In this document: piece after piece, positions 44,793 to 54,742 of the stretch | Position numbering within the stretch: the first letter of the stretch is position 1 | Layout of the letters: every line of letters starts with the position of its first letter | From: Alphaproteobacteria bacterium | Lineage (GTDB): Bacteria > Pseudomonadota > Alphaproteobacteria > RF32 > CAG-239 | Assembly: GCA_045639065.1 (NCBI GenBank) | Contig: JAZUCK010000017.1 | Location: forward strand, 5,752 to 69,751 | Length of the DNA: 64,000 nt | Reading direction: 5' to 3' | Made by a program: the position numbers and the translations under genes | The notes under the pieces: generated by a model | Databases searched by the model: none | Told to the model about the DNA's origin: nothing | The model's input: the letters and a program-made list of their open reading frames with translations, nothing else

Positions 44793-45455
44793 ATGCTCTT
44801 TATTTTTTGTGCATTTGTTTTCGGATTTTGCGTGCCGTATATGGCCAGACGCTTTAATAAATTTATGCCTGCAACCTTTGCAGGTGCCTTGGTTGAGCTT
44901 TTCAGACGTGAGAAAAAAACAAAAGCTATAAGAAAAAACAAATTATATAAAAAATTTATGTGGCGCTCATTGATGTGCGGTTTGGGTAATGCTTTGTTGG
45001 TTGCTTTGGGAGTTTATTTTACGACAACTATTTCGCCGGCATTTTTGACATTGTACATTTGTTTGCTTGTGCTAATGGCTGAAATTGACTTTAGAAGTAT
45101 GTTGTTACCCGATATTTTGACAGTTCCTTTATTATTGTGCGGTTTGTTTGTTGCTTGCTTCGGCTTCAGTAATATGCAAATTGGTGATAGCGTTATCGGT
45201 TCAATGGTGGGATACTTTTTACCGGTGCTGGTTTGCTTGTTGATTGTTTGGTACAAAAAGGACGCGTTTGGCGGTGGTGATATTAAATTATTGTCAGCAT
45301 TAGGGGCTTGGCTCGGTGTTGAGAGTTTGTTGAATGTTATTGCCATAGCTTCGATTTTGGGTATTGTATATGCTATTATTAAAAGGCAGTCGTCTTTGGC
45401 GTTTGGTCCTATGATTGCAATAGCCGGAATTGCAGTGGCTATATTAAAGTTTTAA
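44793..45455 (+). CDS. Prepilin peptidase (A24 family), no methyltransferase domain
   Basis: 220 aa, polytopic. LLPDILTVPLL and GGGDIKLLSALGAWLG (the two catalytic Asp motifs). Confidence 0.8.
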   Translation: MLFIFCAFVFGFCVPYMARRFNKFMPATFAGALVELFRREKKTKAIRKNKLYKKFMWRSLMCGLGNALLVALGVYFTTTISPAFLTLYICLLVLMAEIDFRSMLLPDILTVPLLLCGLFVACFGFSNMQIGDSVIGSMVGYFLPVLVCLLIVWYKKDAFGGGDIKLLSALGAWLGVESLLNVIAIASILGIVYAIIKRQSSLAFGPMIAIAGIAVAILKF

Positions 45456-45475
45456 AAAAACCTAGGAGGTTTAAT

Positions 45476-46228
45476 ATGGGAAAAAGCAGTAAAAAAAGTG
45501 TAAGTAAAAAAATTGTAGAAAATTTGTATTATGATGACGAACAAAGACGTTTGACCAAGTTGGTTAAAGGTTTTTCTTTTGAAATGTTTATCATGAGTGT
45601 TATTTTGGCAAATGCAGTAGTGCTTGGCTTGATGACATCTCCGACCATGGATTTTTACTATGGAAACCTGCTGTATCTTTTGGATAGAATTTTTATGGGC
45701 GTGTTCATTGTAGAAATGTTCCTTAAAATATTTGCTTTGAAAAAGAAATTTTTTAAATCCGGATGGAATATTTTTGACTTAACGATTGTAGTTATTTCGT
45801 CAACACCATATTTAAGCTCGCTGATAGTATTCAGAACTTTTAGATTGTTCAGATTATTTAAGTATGTTTCAAAATTTGCCAAAATGGATAAGTTGATTAA
45901 AATATTCTTAGAATTATTGCCGTTGTTTTTTGCATTTTTAGGAATTTTTGTAGTTTCATTTTATGTTTTTGCAATATTGGCAGTAAACTTTTATGGAAAC
46001 AGTTTTGCAATGTTTGCCGATTTGGGTATCGCCATGTATAGCTTGATTAAGCTGTTCCTTGTTGAAGGATGGATGGGTATAGTGGCAAGACAGGTTATAG
46101 CCGTTTATCCTGAAGCTTGGGTATATTTCGGAAGTGTAGCCTTGTTCTCATTCTTATTTGTAGTAAGCTTTTTGGTTGCTTCAATTACTCAAACATTGAC
46201 TATTGTTAAAAAGCATGATGAAAAATAG
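45476..46228 (+). CDS. Single-domain 6-TM voltage-gated cation channel (BacNaV/NaChBac-like)
   Basis: 250 aa. S4 segment VFRTFRLFRLFKYV has a positive charge every third residue. The pore region is ...SLIKLFLVEGWMGIVARQ. Confidence 0.85.
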   Translation: MGKSSKKSVSKKIVENLYYDDEQRRLTKLVKGFSFEMFIMSVILANAVVLGLMTSPTMDFYYGNLLYLLDRIFMGVFIVEMFLKIFALKKKFFKSGWNIFDLTIVVISSTPYLSSLIVFRTFRLFRLFKYVSKFAKMDKLIKIFLELLPLFFAFLGIFVVSFYVFAILAVNFYGNSFAMFADLGIAMYSLIKLFLVEGWMGIVARQVIAVYPEAWVYFGSVALFSFLFVVSFLVASITQTLTIVKKHDEK

Positions 46229-46355
46229 CTCATATGTTTTGCTTAAGAATGCCCTTGTTAAAAAGGGCATTTTTTTGTGAGCAAAGTCTTGACAAGTCAA
46301 AATTTGGTAACTAACTAAAGTATTAGCGTAAATTAATATTATGGAGTATTAAAAA

Positions 46356-46646
46356 ATGAAAGTAAGACCTTTGCATGACAGAGTGTTAGTTAATCGTCTG
46401 GAAGAAAACACAAAAACTGCCGGCGGTATTATTATTCCCGATACAGCAAAAGAAAAACCTTCAGAAGGTATCGTTGAAGCTGTGGGTGACGGATATAGAG
46501 CTGAGGTTGGTCAGGTTATACCTCTAAATGTTAAAGTCGGAGATAAGGTTTTGTTTGGAAAATGGTCGGGAACCGAAGTGAAAGTAAACGGCGAGGTCAG
46601 ACTCCTTATCAGAGAAACCGAAATTTTGGGTGTTGTTGAAGAATAG
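46356..46646 (+). CDS. groES: Co-chaperonin GroES
   Basis: 96 aa: [12 protein letters not shown]...[15 protein letters not shown]. Confidence 0.97.
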   Translation: MKVRPLHDRVLVNRLEENTKTAGGIIIPDTAKEKPSEGIVEAVGDGYRAEVGQVIPLNVKVGDKVLFGKWSGTEVKVNGEVRLLIRETEILGVVEE

Positions 46647-48317
<1,671 letters not shown>

Positions 48318-48336
48318 ACAAGGCATTTAAGATAAT

Positions 48337-48372
48337 AAAAAAAACGACAGTTTTTTAAACTGTCGTTTTTTT
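48337..48372 (+). terminator. groEL terminator
   Basis: ACGACAGTTT-ttt-AAACTGTCGT followed by TTTTTT. Confidence 0.8.
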
Positions 48373-48389
48373 ATTTTTTAAGCTATTGC

Positions 48390-48815
48390 TTAATTCCACT
48401 CAGGGTGCCAAATGTAGCGAATATTCGGTATATCATTGTTCTCCACCCAAAGAGAGTGAAAACAATTTTCACCTTCCGGTGTAAGACATCTGCCAAGATA
48501 TTGTTCGCCTTCCATTTCCAAGTATTCCTTTACTTTTTCAGGATAGGTTTTTATGAATTCGATTTCTTCATCAAAGAAGAAGTCTTTTTTCATAATAGTG
48601 GGCAGCCAATATTGGTTTTTAGATTTAATCATCTTAATCATCACCGAAGGGCTGGCACAAGACCTTTCTACAATTTTAACAAAAGTGTCTGGGTAGTTTT
48701 CCATCAATTCTTCTTGTGTTGCTTCTAACAGCAAATGTTTTTCAACATAAGCCAATACCTCGTTCAAAGGTTCGTTAAGAACGAAGTTAAGTTCAATTTC
48801 TTTTCGTCTCTCCAT
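48390..48815 (-). CDS. Hypothetical protein (141 aa)
   Basis: Intact ORF, acidic, no recognisable domain. Confidence 0.5.
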   Translation of the reverse strand: MERRKEIELNFVLNEPLNEVLAYVEKHLLLEATQEELMENYPDTFVKIVERSCASPSVMIKMIKSKNQYWLPTIMKKDFFFDEEIEFIKTYPEKVKEYLEMEGEQYLGRCLTPEGENCFHSLWVENNDIPNIRYIWHPEWN

Positions 48816-49102
48816 AAAATTATTATTTTTTTTTGTTATTTATCTGATTTATTGTAACTTCTTTAATAAAATAGTTACTTTTACATTGCATAATAAAGGT
48901 ATGCAATACGAAAAGAATGAGTATTTTTATAAATATAGTTACAATAATTGTTAATTGATTTTACGAATATAACATTTTTTAGCATATAAATCAACAGCTT
49001 TTTAAATGCTTATTTCTTTTTTAAGCTCGTTGACAAAGTAAATATTAGTATGTAGTATGTTCTTGTTTTTTTGATATTTTATGAGGTACCTGATTTAGAA
49101 TT

Positions 49103-50440
49103 ATGACACCCGGTTATATATATGCAATAAACATTGCGTTAGTTTTGTTTTTGGTTTTTGCCAATGCGTTTTTCGTAGTTTCGGAATTTTCTATTGTAAA
49201 GATTAGACGTTCAAAGCTTGAGGAGCTTGCTCATCAAGGAAGCAGACGTGCAAAAATAGCTTTGAAAATAAATGACAGATTAAATACCTATTTAAGCGCT
49301 ATTCAGCTTGGTATTACCATAGCTTCACTTGGTCTTGGTTGGATTGGTGAACCTGCTGTTTCAAAGCTTTTGGAAGAGTGTTTCGGTTATTGGCTGTCTG
49401 ATAATCCGGTGTTGTTGCATTCAATCAGTTTTGGTGTGGCATTTACTTTTATTACATTGTTGCACGTTGTTTTGGGTGAATTGGTACCAAAATCATTGGC
49501 TATTCAAGATACAGAGCGTTATGTTTTGCGAATCGCACCGGCTTTGTATACCTTTAATCGTATCTTTTCGCCGTTTATTTGGATTTTTGACCATGTGTCA
49601 ATTTGGATTTTGAAGGCAATGGGTGTAAGACAAGCAGTTGAAGACGAAAATGCCCACTCGGAAGAAGAAATCAAAATTATTATTGATGCTTCGCAAGGCG
49701 CCGGTATTATTGATGAGACCGAGGGCGAGATTATTCAAAATGCTATCAATTTTTCAGAAATTTGTGCTCACGAAATTATGATGCCGAGACAGGATATGAA
49801 GTGTCTTTATACGCATTATTCTTTTGAAGAAGCCCTGGATTTTATTAAAAAACACGGACATAACCGTTTTCCGATTTGTGACAAAGATCGTGACCATGTG
49901 GTAGGTATGGTTCATATTAGAGATTTCTTAGAACACAGTGGCGAAAAAGCTGAAAAAGATTTCTTAAAGAAGATATCTCGTAAGATTTTATTTGTGCCGG
50001 AAAACAAATCTATTTCGGAAATTTTACAAGAAATGATGTGTGAAAGAATACATTTGGCGATTGTGGTTGACGAATATGGCGGAACAGCCGGTATGCTTAC
50101 TATGGAAGACATTTTGGAAGAGTTAGTCGGTGATATTTTGGACGAACACGATGTTCCGGCTTGCGAACCTATTAAAAAGATTGATGAAATGGTTTGCGAA
50201 TTTGATGGTACGGTTTTGATTGAAGATGCTTTTGAGTGTATGGAACTTCCGGAAGCAGAACATGAGGAATCAACAGTAGGCGGATATGTGTTCGGATTGT
50301 TGGGACAAATTCCAAAGGTCGGCGACAAGGTTGAAGACGAGTATTGTTTCTACGAAGTTATGGAAGTTGACAATATGCGTATTACCAGAATAAAGGTAAA
50401 TAAAAAAGAGATAATTGTTGAAGAATACGAAGAAGAATAA
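49103..50440 (+). CDS. CNNM/HlyC-CorC family transporter (DUF21 + CBS pair + CorC_HlyC)
   Basis: 445 aa. FFVVSEFSIVKIRRSKLEEL (DUF21), CBS region (MMPRQDM..., NRFPICD) and a C-terminal CorC domain. Confidence 0.9.
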   Translation: MTPGYIYAINIALVLFLVFANAFFVVSEFSIVKIRRSKLEELAHQGSRRAKIALKINDRLNTYLSAIQLGITIASLGLGWIGEPAVSKLLEECFGYWLSDNPVLLHSISFGVAFTFITLLHVVLGELVPKSLAIQDTERYVLRIAPALYTFNRIFSPFIWIFDHVSIWILKAMGVRQAVEDENAHSEEEIKIIIDASQGAGIIDETEGEIIQNAINFSEICAHEIMMPRQDMKCLYTHYSFEEALDFIKKHGHNRFPICDKDRDHVVGMVHIRDFLEHSGEKAEKDFLKKISRKILFVPENKSISEILQEMMCERIHLAIVVDEYGGTAGMLTMEDILEELVGDILDEHDVPACEPIKKIDEMVCEFDGTVLIEDAFECMELPEAEHEESTVGGYVFGLLGQIPKVGDKVEDEYCFYEVMEVDNMRITRIKVNKKEIIVEEYEEE

Positions 50441-50444
50441 AGGA

Positions 50445-50477
50445 AAAGAGCAACCATAATTGATGGTTGCTCTTTTT
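50445..50477 (+). terminator. Terminator after the CNNM gene
   Basis: AGAGCAACCAT-aattg-ATGGTTGCTCT followed by TTTT. Confidence 0.8.
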
Positions 50478-50560
50478 GAAAAAAAAAGTTAATGATTTCA
50501 TATAGTCTAATCAAATAAACTGACGTATCGGTTATTATTTTGCTTGAATAGGTTTTTCTT

Positions 50561-52717
50561 ATGATAGAATATGTACTTGAACCCAAAGAAGATGCTCTGA
50601 AGATAGTTTTTGGCAATAAGTTTAATGATTTTATGTTTAATGATGTTTCTGATGTTCTTTCTCAAAGAAGAATATCAGAAATGGGCAATTTATTACATCA
50701 GAAAGAAAATCGTCTTTCGTTGCTTAATGCAGAAAAATTAAATATTTTGTATAATACTTTGGCTAATCCTCAATCGGCATCTGAAAGAGGTGCTTTAGAA
50801 GAAGTGTTAAAGGCTGTTGACAGCAAAATACAAGCTTTTGTTACAGGAAAAGAGGATATTGAGGGTGATTGTATAGAGTCAATGATATCTTTAATACAGA
50901 AATGCTCTAAAAATGCCGTTAATAAAAATAATCATGAAATGTATAATATGGCCTTAAACAGAGCTGTGCTTGTCGGTCAGAAATATGATGCTGAAAATGG
51001 TTTGAGCGATATTACTAAAGATAAAATCAACCTTATAGAATCGAACCTAAAGAAGATGTCTGAGTGGCAGGTTGATGTCACCAATCTAGATGAAACTCCG
51101 GAAAATAGAGTTGTGAATATTCCGGAAGATAGATTTTTGGAGTTTGTTCAAAAAAGAATTATTGGAAAGGAAAATGTAAGTTTTTCTGATTTGCATTCGG
51201 CGTTTATTGCATTAAAAGGGTATAAAAAAAGTGAAGAAACGTATACACCTATTGAAAAGCAAGCCGAAGCCAGAATTTTAAAATCCTTAAAGTCAAAAGA
51301 AAATCTTTCACCAAGTGAGCTTATCAGCGCTAAATATGTTTATGATGAGCTACAAACGTCTAATAAAAAAATTGTAAAAAGTATACATGGTTTCGGTAAA
51401 AAGATTGCCTTAAGTGTTCAAAAGAATAAGAGTATAAAAGTTTTTGATGCAATTGAAAGCATTATAAGGAATACCGAAGTTACAGGAAAAGCAAAATTTT
51501 TCGGACGAGAAATCGTTAAACAAACCGACAAAAACGGTAAGTTAAAGAAAAATAGTGATATTGCCTTATGGTTGGAAGCCGTTCGAAATAAAACTTTGTG
51601 TCAATTGGCTACAACAAGCGGATTAACAAAAGACAAATTTAATCAGGTTTTTATAGATAATGCCGTTTGTGAATATATGGAATTGGCTGTTACAAATAAT
51701 ACTTTTGATAAAAAAAGCCGTAAAAAAGATTTTAAAAAGCTTTTTGCCAATATCGGTAACAATAAAAAAATCAGAATTTCGCAAGATGTGATTATGGGTG
51801 GAGTGGCTAATTTAGCCAGTCAGAATGAAAGTTTTGTATCCAGATTAAGTGTTAAGCTGAAAAAAGTTGTTTATGGAATTGAGGACTCAAAGGAAAGAGC
51901 TGCCAAAACTATTACTTCAAACAAAATTGTAGCCACATTAAAAGATAAAGGAGAAGCCTTAGATGAAAAATGTACCAAAAGTTGGGGTGATAAATACTTA
52001 ATGGCAAAAGGATTTGTCAAAGCTATCGGAAAACAATCGGCTTGGGCAATGGCTTTTAATGTGGCAAAGGTTGTAGGTGTGGCAACAAATGCTACGTGGG
52101 TTCTTCCAACAGTGGTTGCCGTTTCTTTTGCTAATGCAACATATCAGTTCGGAAAAGATTATATCCAAGCTAAAAATGATATTAAGAAAAAAGGTAAAGA
52201 GCTTAAATTTAAGGATTTTTGTAAGAAAAACAAAGTAAGATTAGGTTATCTTGCGTTGAGTGGTGCGGTAACAGCGGCTACTGCCGGAGTTTTAGGAGCA
52301 AATGCTTCATCAGTTATTTTGAATTCAAAAGTTTTGGTTAGCGGAGGATTGGTTGCTTGTAAAATTGCTGATAAAATTGCCGAGGATAAGAAAAAGAATA
52401 AAAATAAAATACAAATATTTGTAGGTGCATGTATTACCGCCGTAACCTCAACTGTAGGTTATTTGGTATCAAAAGGTATGGGTAAAGAGGCTTTTGATTC
52501 GTCGAAGAATTTTGTTGATGTATCTGCTTCTTATGGTGCAGATAATGAAGTTGATTCGTCTTTCGGTGTCCATGGAAAAGGTAAAGACAGATTAAATAAC
52601 AAGAGACAAAAAGCAATAAAAATTGTTCCCTTGAATTCTGTTTTGAATAAAGAAACAGATGGTGAGAAGTATAATGTAGTGCAATCTGCATTAGATAAGT
52701 ATAAGACATCAAGATAG
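50561..52717 (+). CDS. Orphan protein (718 aa): helical N-terminal about 480 aa plus a C-terminal block of 3-4 predicted TM helices
   Basis: Long intact ORF. Hydrophobic segments: AWAMAFNVAKVVGVATNATWVLPTVVAVSFA, LGYLALSGAVTAATAGVLGA and IQIFVGACITAVTSTVGYLV. No domain recognised. Confidence 0.65.
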   Translation: MIEYVLEPKEDALKIVFGNKFNDFMFNDVSDVLSQRRISEMGNLLHQKENRLSLLNAEKLNILYNTLANPQSASERGALEEVLKAVDSKIQAFVTGKEDIEGDCIESMISLIQKCSKNAVNKNNHEMYNMALNRAVLVGQKYDAENGLSDITKDKINLIESNLKKMSEWQVDVTNLDETPENRVVNIPEDRFLEFVQKRIIGKENVSFSDLHSAFIALKGYKKSEETYTPIEKQAEARILKSLKSKENLSPSELISAKYVYDELQTSNKKIVKSIHGFGKKIALSVQKNKSIKVFDAIESIIRNTEVTGKAKFFGREIVKQTDKNGKLKKNSDIALWLEAVRNKTLCQLATTSGLTKDKFNQVFIDNAVCEYMELAVTNNTFDKKSRKKDFKKLFANIGNNKKIRISQDVIMGGVANLASQNESFVSRLSVKLKKVVYGIEDSKERAAKTITSNKIVATLKDKGEALDEKCTKSWGDKYLMAKGFVKAIGKQSAWAMAFNVAKVVGVATNATWVLPTVVAVSFANATYQFGKDYIQAKNDIKKKGKELKFKDFCKKNKVRLGYLALSGAVTAATAGVLGANASSVILNSKVLVSGGLVACKIADKIAEDKKKNKNKIQIFVGACITAVTSTVGYLVSKGMGKEAFDSSKNFVDVSASYGADNEVDSSFGVHGKGKDRLNNKRQKAIKIVPLNSVLNKETDGEKYNVVQSALDKYKTSR

Positions 52718-52735
52718 AATTTGATGTGGTAAAAA

Positions 52736-53895
52736 TTATAGTCCGATTTTTACAATATCTTTGCCGAATTTTTGTTCCAAATCATCGAGAATTCGCGAAA
52801 GTTTGTCGTCGTCTTGTTTAAAATTGTCAAATAATGATTGCTGAGTTTCGTTATTGTATGTCAGGTGGCGCAGTTCTACGCCTATACTACGATACAATAA
52901 TTTTGGTCGGTATAATTGGTTTAGCAGCAGGTTTGCTTGTTTGCGTAAACTAAGCTCTGAATTGGTTGCGGTTTCAAGTTTTCCGAACAGGGTTGTTATG
53001 CTAAAATCTTTAGTTCGTAAAAGAACACCTATTTCAGAGCAATAGCCATTCCAATGACGTAGTTTTTTTGATGCATTGTGTACGTGATAAACCAGTTGTG
53101 AATGTAAGAAATCTTTATTATCAGTAAAATCTTCAAAAGATTTGGTATCTTGAATTGATTGCGGTGCTTTTGGTGAGGCATCAACCGGTGAAGTAGAAAT
53201 TCCGGAAAGTTCAAGTTTTAGATTAAAACCGTTTATTCCCAAAAGTTTTTTTATCCATGTATTATCTTTATTTATAAAATCTTTTATGGTGAATATCCCA
53301 TTGAATTTTAATGATTTTGCGCTTTGTGAGCCAATTCCGCAGATATCCTCAATATTTTCGTTGCCGATAGTTTCTAATATTTTATCAGGTCGAATAACAA
53401 AAATTCCGCCGGTTTTCTTGGCCTTGTCACTGGCAAGTTTGGCTAAAGTTTTTGATGAAGACAGTCCGATAGATACCGGAATTGATGTTTTATCTAAAAT
53501 GGTTTGGCGAATTTTTTTATTATATCGGTATAAGTGGAATTATATACTTTGTTTAGTCCGGTTAAGTCTATATAAGCCTCATCAACAGAAACTTCTTCAA
53601 CATCGGGGCTGAAGGTTTTGATAACATCCATAACCTGTTTGGATATTTCGTCATAACGATGGTGACGGGTGGGTAAGCAGATTAAGTCAGGGTATAAGCC
53701 TTTGAATTGAAAATAGGGTGCGCCCATTTTTATTCCTAAAGCTTTGGCTTCTTTGGAACGGGATACGACAATCCCTTTGTTGCCCTCAGATGTCATTACA
53801 CAAACAGGCTTTGCTTGCAAGGAAGGGTTGTCAACTCTTTCGCAAGATACAAAAAATGAATCACAATCAATAAGAGCTATAATTTGTTGTTTCAT
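52736..53895 (-). pseudogene. Y-family DNA polymerase (UmuC/DinB-like) interrupted by one frameshift in an A7 run
   Basis: Track ORFs 53494-53895 (IALIDCDSFFVSCE...VDEAYIDLTG) and 52736-53242 (little-finger region) are joined by an open mid-segment in the frame of the C-terminal ORF (IRQTILDKTSIPVSIGLSSSKTLAKLASDKAKKTGGIFVI...). The frames switch at the T7/A7 tract 53512-53518. One extra A restores a protein of about 386 aa. Confidence 0.85.
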
Positions 53896-53909
53896 TTTCT
53901 TTTATTTTG

Positions 53910-53924
53910 GTTCGTGTTTTGTTC
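53910..53924 (-). promoter_or_regulatory. Alphaproteobacterial-type LexA (SOS) box GAAC-N7-GAAC
   Basis: Plus strand GTTCgtgttttGTTC, 15 nt upstream of the polymerase ATG and immediately downstream of the predicted -10. Confidence 0.6.
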
Positions 53925-53925
53925 T

Positions 53926-53953
53926 ATAGTACCAAAGCGATGAAAAATGTCAA
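53926..53953 (-). promoter_or_regulatory. Promoter TTGACA-N16-TACTAT of the Y-family polymerase gene
   Basis: Read on the minus strand. Same ATATTGAC context as the other promoters in this window. Confidence 0.5.
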
Positions 53954-54015
53954 TATAGTCAAAGTTGATTTGACTTTATGATGTATTTGTAGTAATGTCT
54001 TTTTAGAGGTATTAT

Positions 54016-54711
54016 ATGAAACTGAGCAAATTTTCAATCAATATAGATTTATTGAAAATCATAGCGCTTTTGCTTATGACGTTGGATCATACGGCAAAAA
54101 TATTTCCTAACATTAAATTTGCTGAATTTTTCTATTTTTTAGGACGATTTTCTCTTCCGCTTTTTGCCTTTATTTTAATGTATCATTTACAAAGTAAACA
54201 AATTTATAAAAAGTATTTACTAAGGCTTGGCGTGTGGGGTGGAATTACTTATTTGGTGATGCTTCCTTTTTATTATTGTGGCGTTGATATGAAGCTTGTG
54301 CCTTTCAATATTTTGTTTATGTTTTTTGCTTGCGTTTTAGCTTTAGCACTTGATGATTTTGGAAATAAAAAGATAAAAAATATCTTTTTAAGAAAAATGT
54401 TTATTTTATTGTCGTATGTTTTTTGTTTGGCGTTGGTTTGCCGACTTTCAATATTTGCATTTATTTATATTGTTTTGATATTTTATTACTTCAGAAAACC
54501 TACATTTCTTAACGTTGTTATAACGGCGTTATTTGGTTTTATTGCAAATTTAGGCGGGGTTTTAGGTGTTGTTGCGGTTGTGGCTACGCTGTTGGCAATG
54601 AATATAGACTATAAGGCAGAGCATAAAAGATTGATAAAAAAGTGGTATCTGTTTTATTTATACTATCCGCTTCATTTGGTGTTGTTATTGCTGATTAAAA
54701 TGTATGCGTAA
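54016..54711 (+). CDS. TraX-family membrane protein
   Basis: 231 aa, polytopic. LKIIALLLMTLDHTAKIF is the TraX-family N-terminal motif. Confidence 0.75.
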   Translation: MKLSKFSINIDLLKIIALLLMTLDHTAKIFPNIKFAEFFYFLGRFSLPLFAFILMYHLQSKQIYKKYLLRLGVWGGITYLVMLPFYYCGVDMKLVPFNILFMFFACVLALALDDFGNKKIKNIFLRKMFILLSYVFCLALVCRLSIFAFIYIVLIFYYFRKPTFLNVVITALFGFIANLGGVLGVVAVVATLLAMNIDYKAEHKRLIKKWYLFYLYYPLHLVLLLLIKMYA

Positions 54712-54742
54712 ATGTTTTGTTAGGGCATAAAAGGAGGGTGTT

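Noticed and set aside
46280-46355. CIRCE (HrcA) operator or sigma32 promoter upstream of groES
   Set aside because: No TTAGCACTC-N9-GAGTGCTAA inverted repeat is present. TTGACA-N17-TAACTA and CTTG...CTAACT are compatible with either sigma70 or a weak sigma32-type promoter, but neither is convincing by eye.
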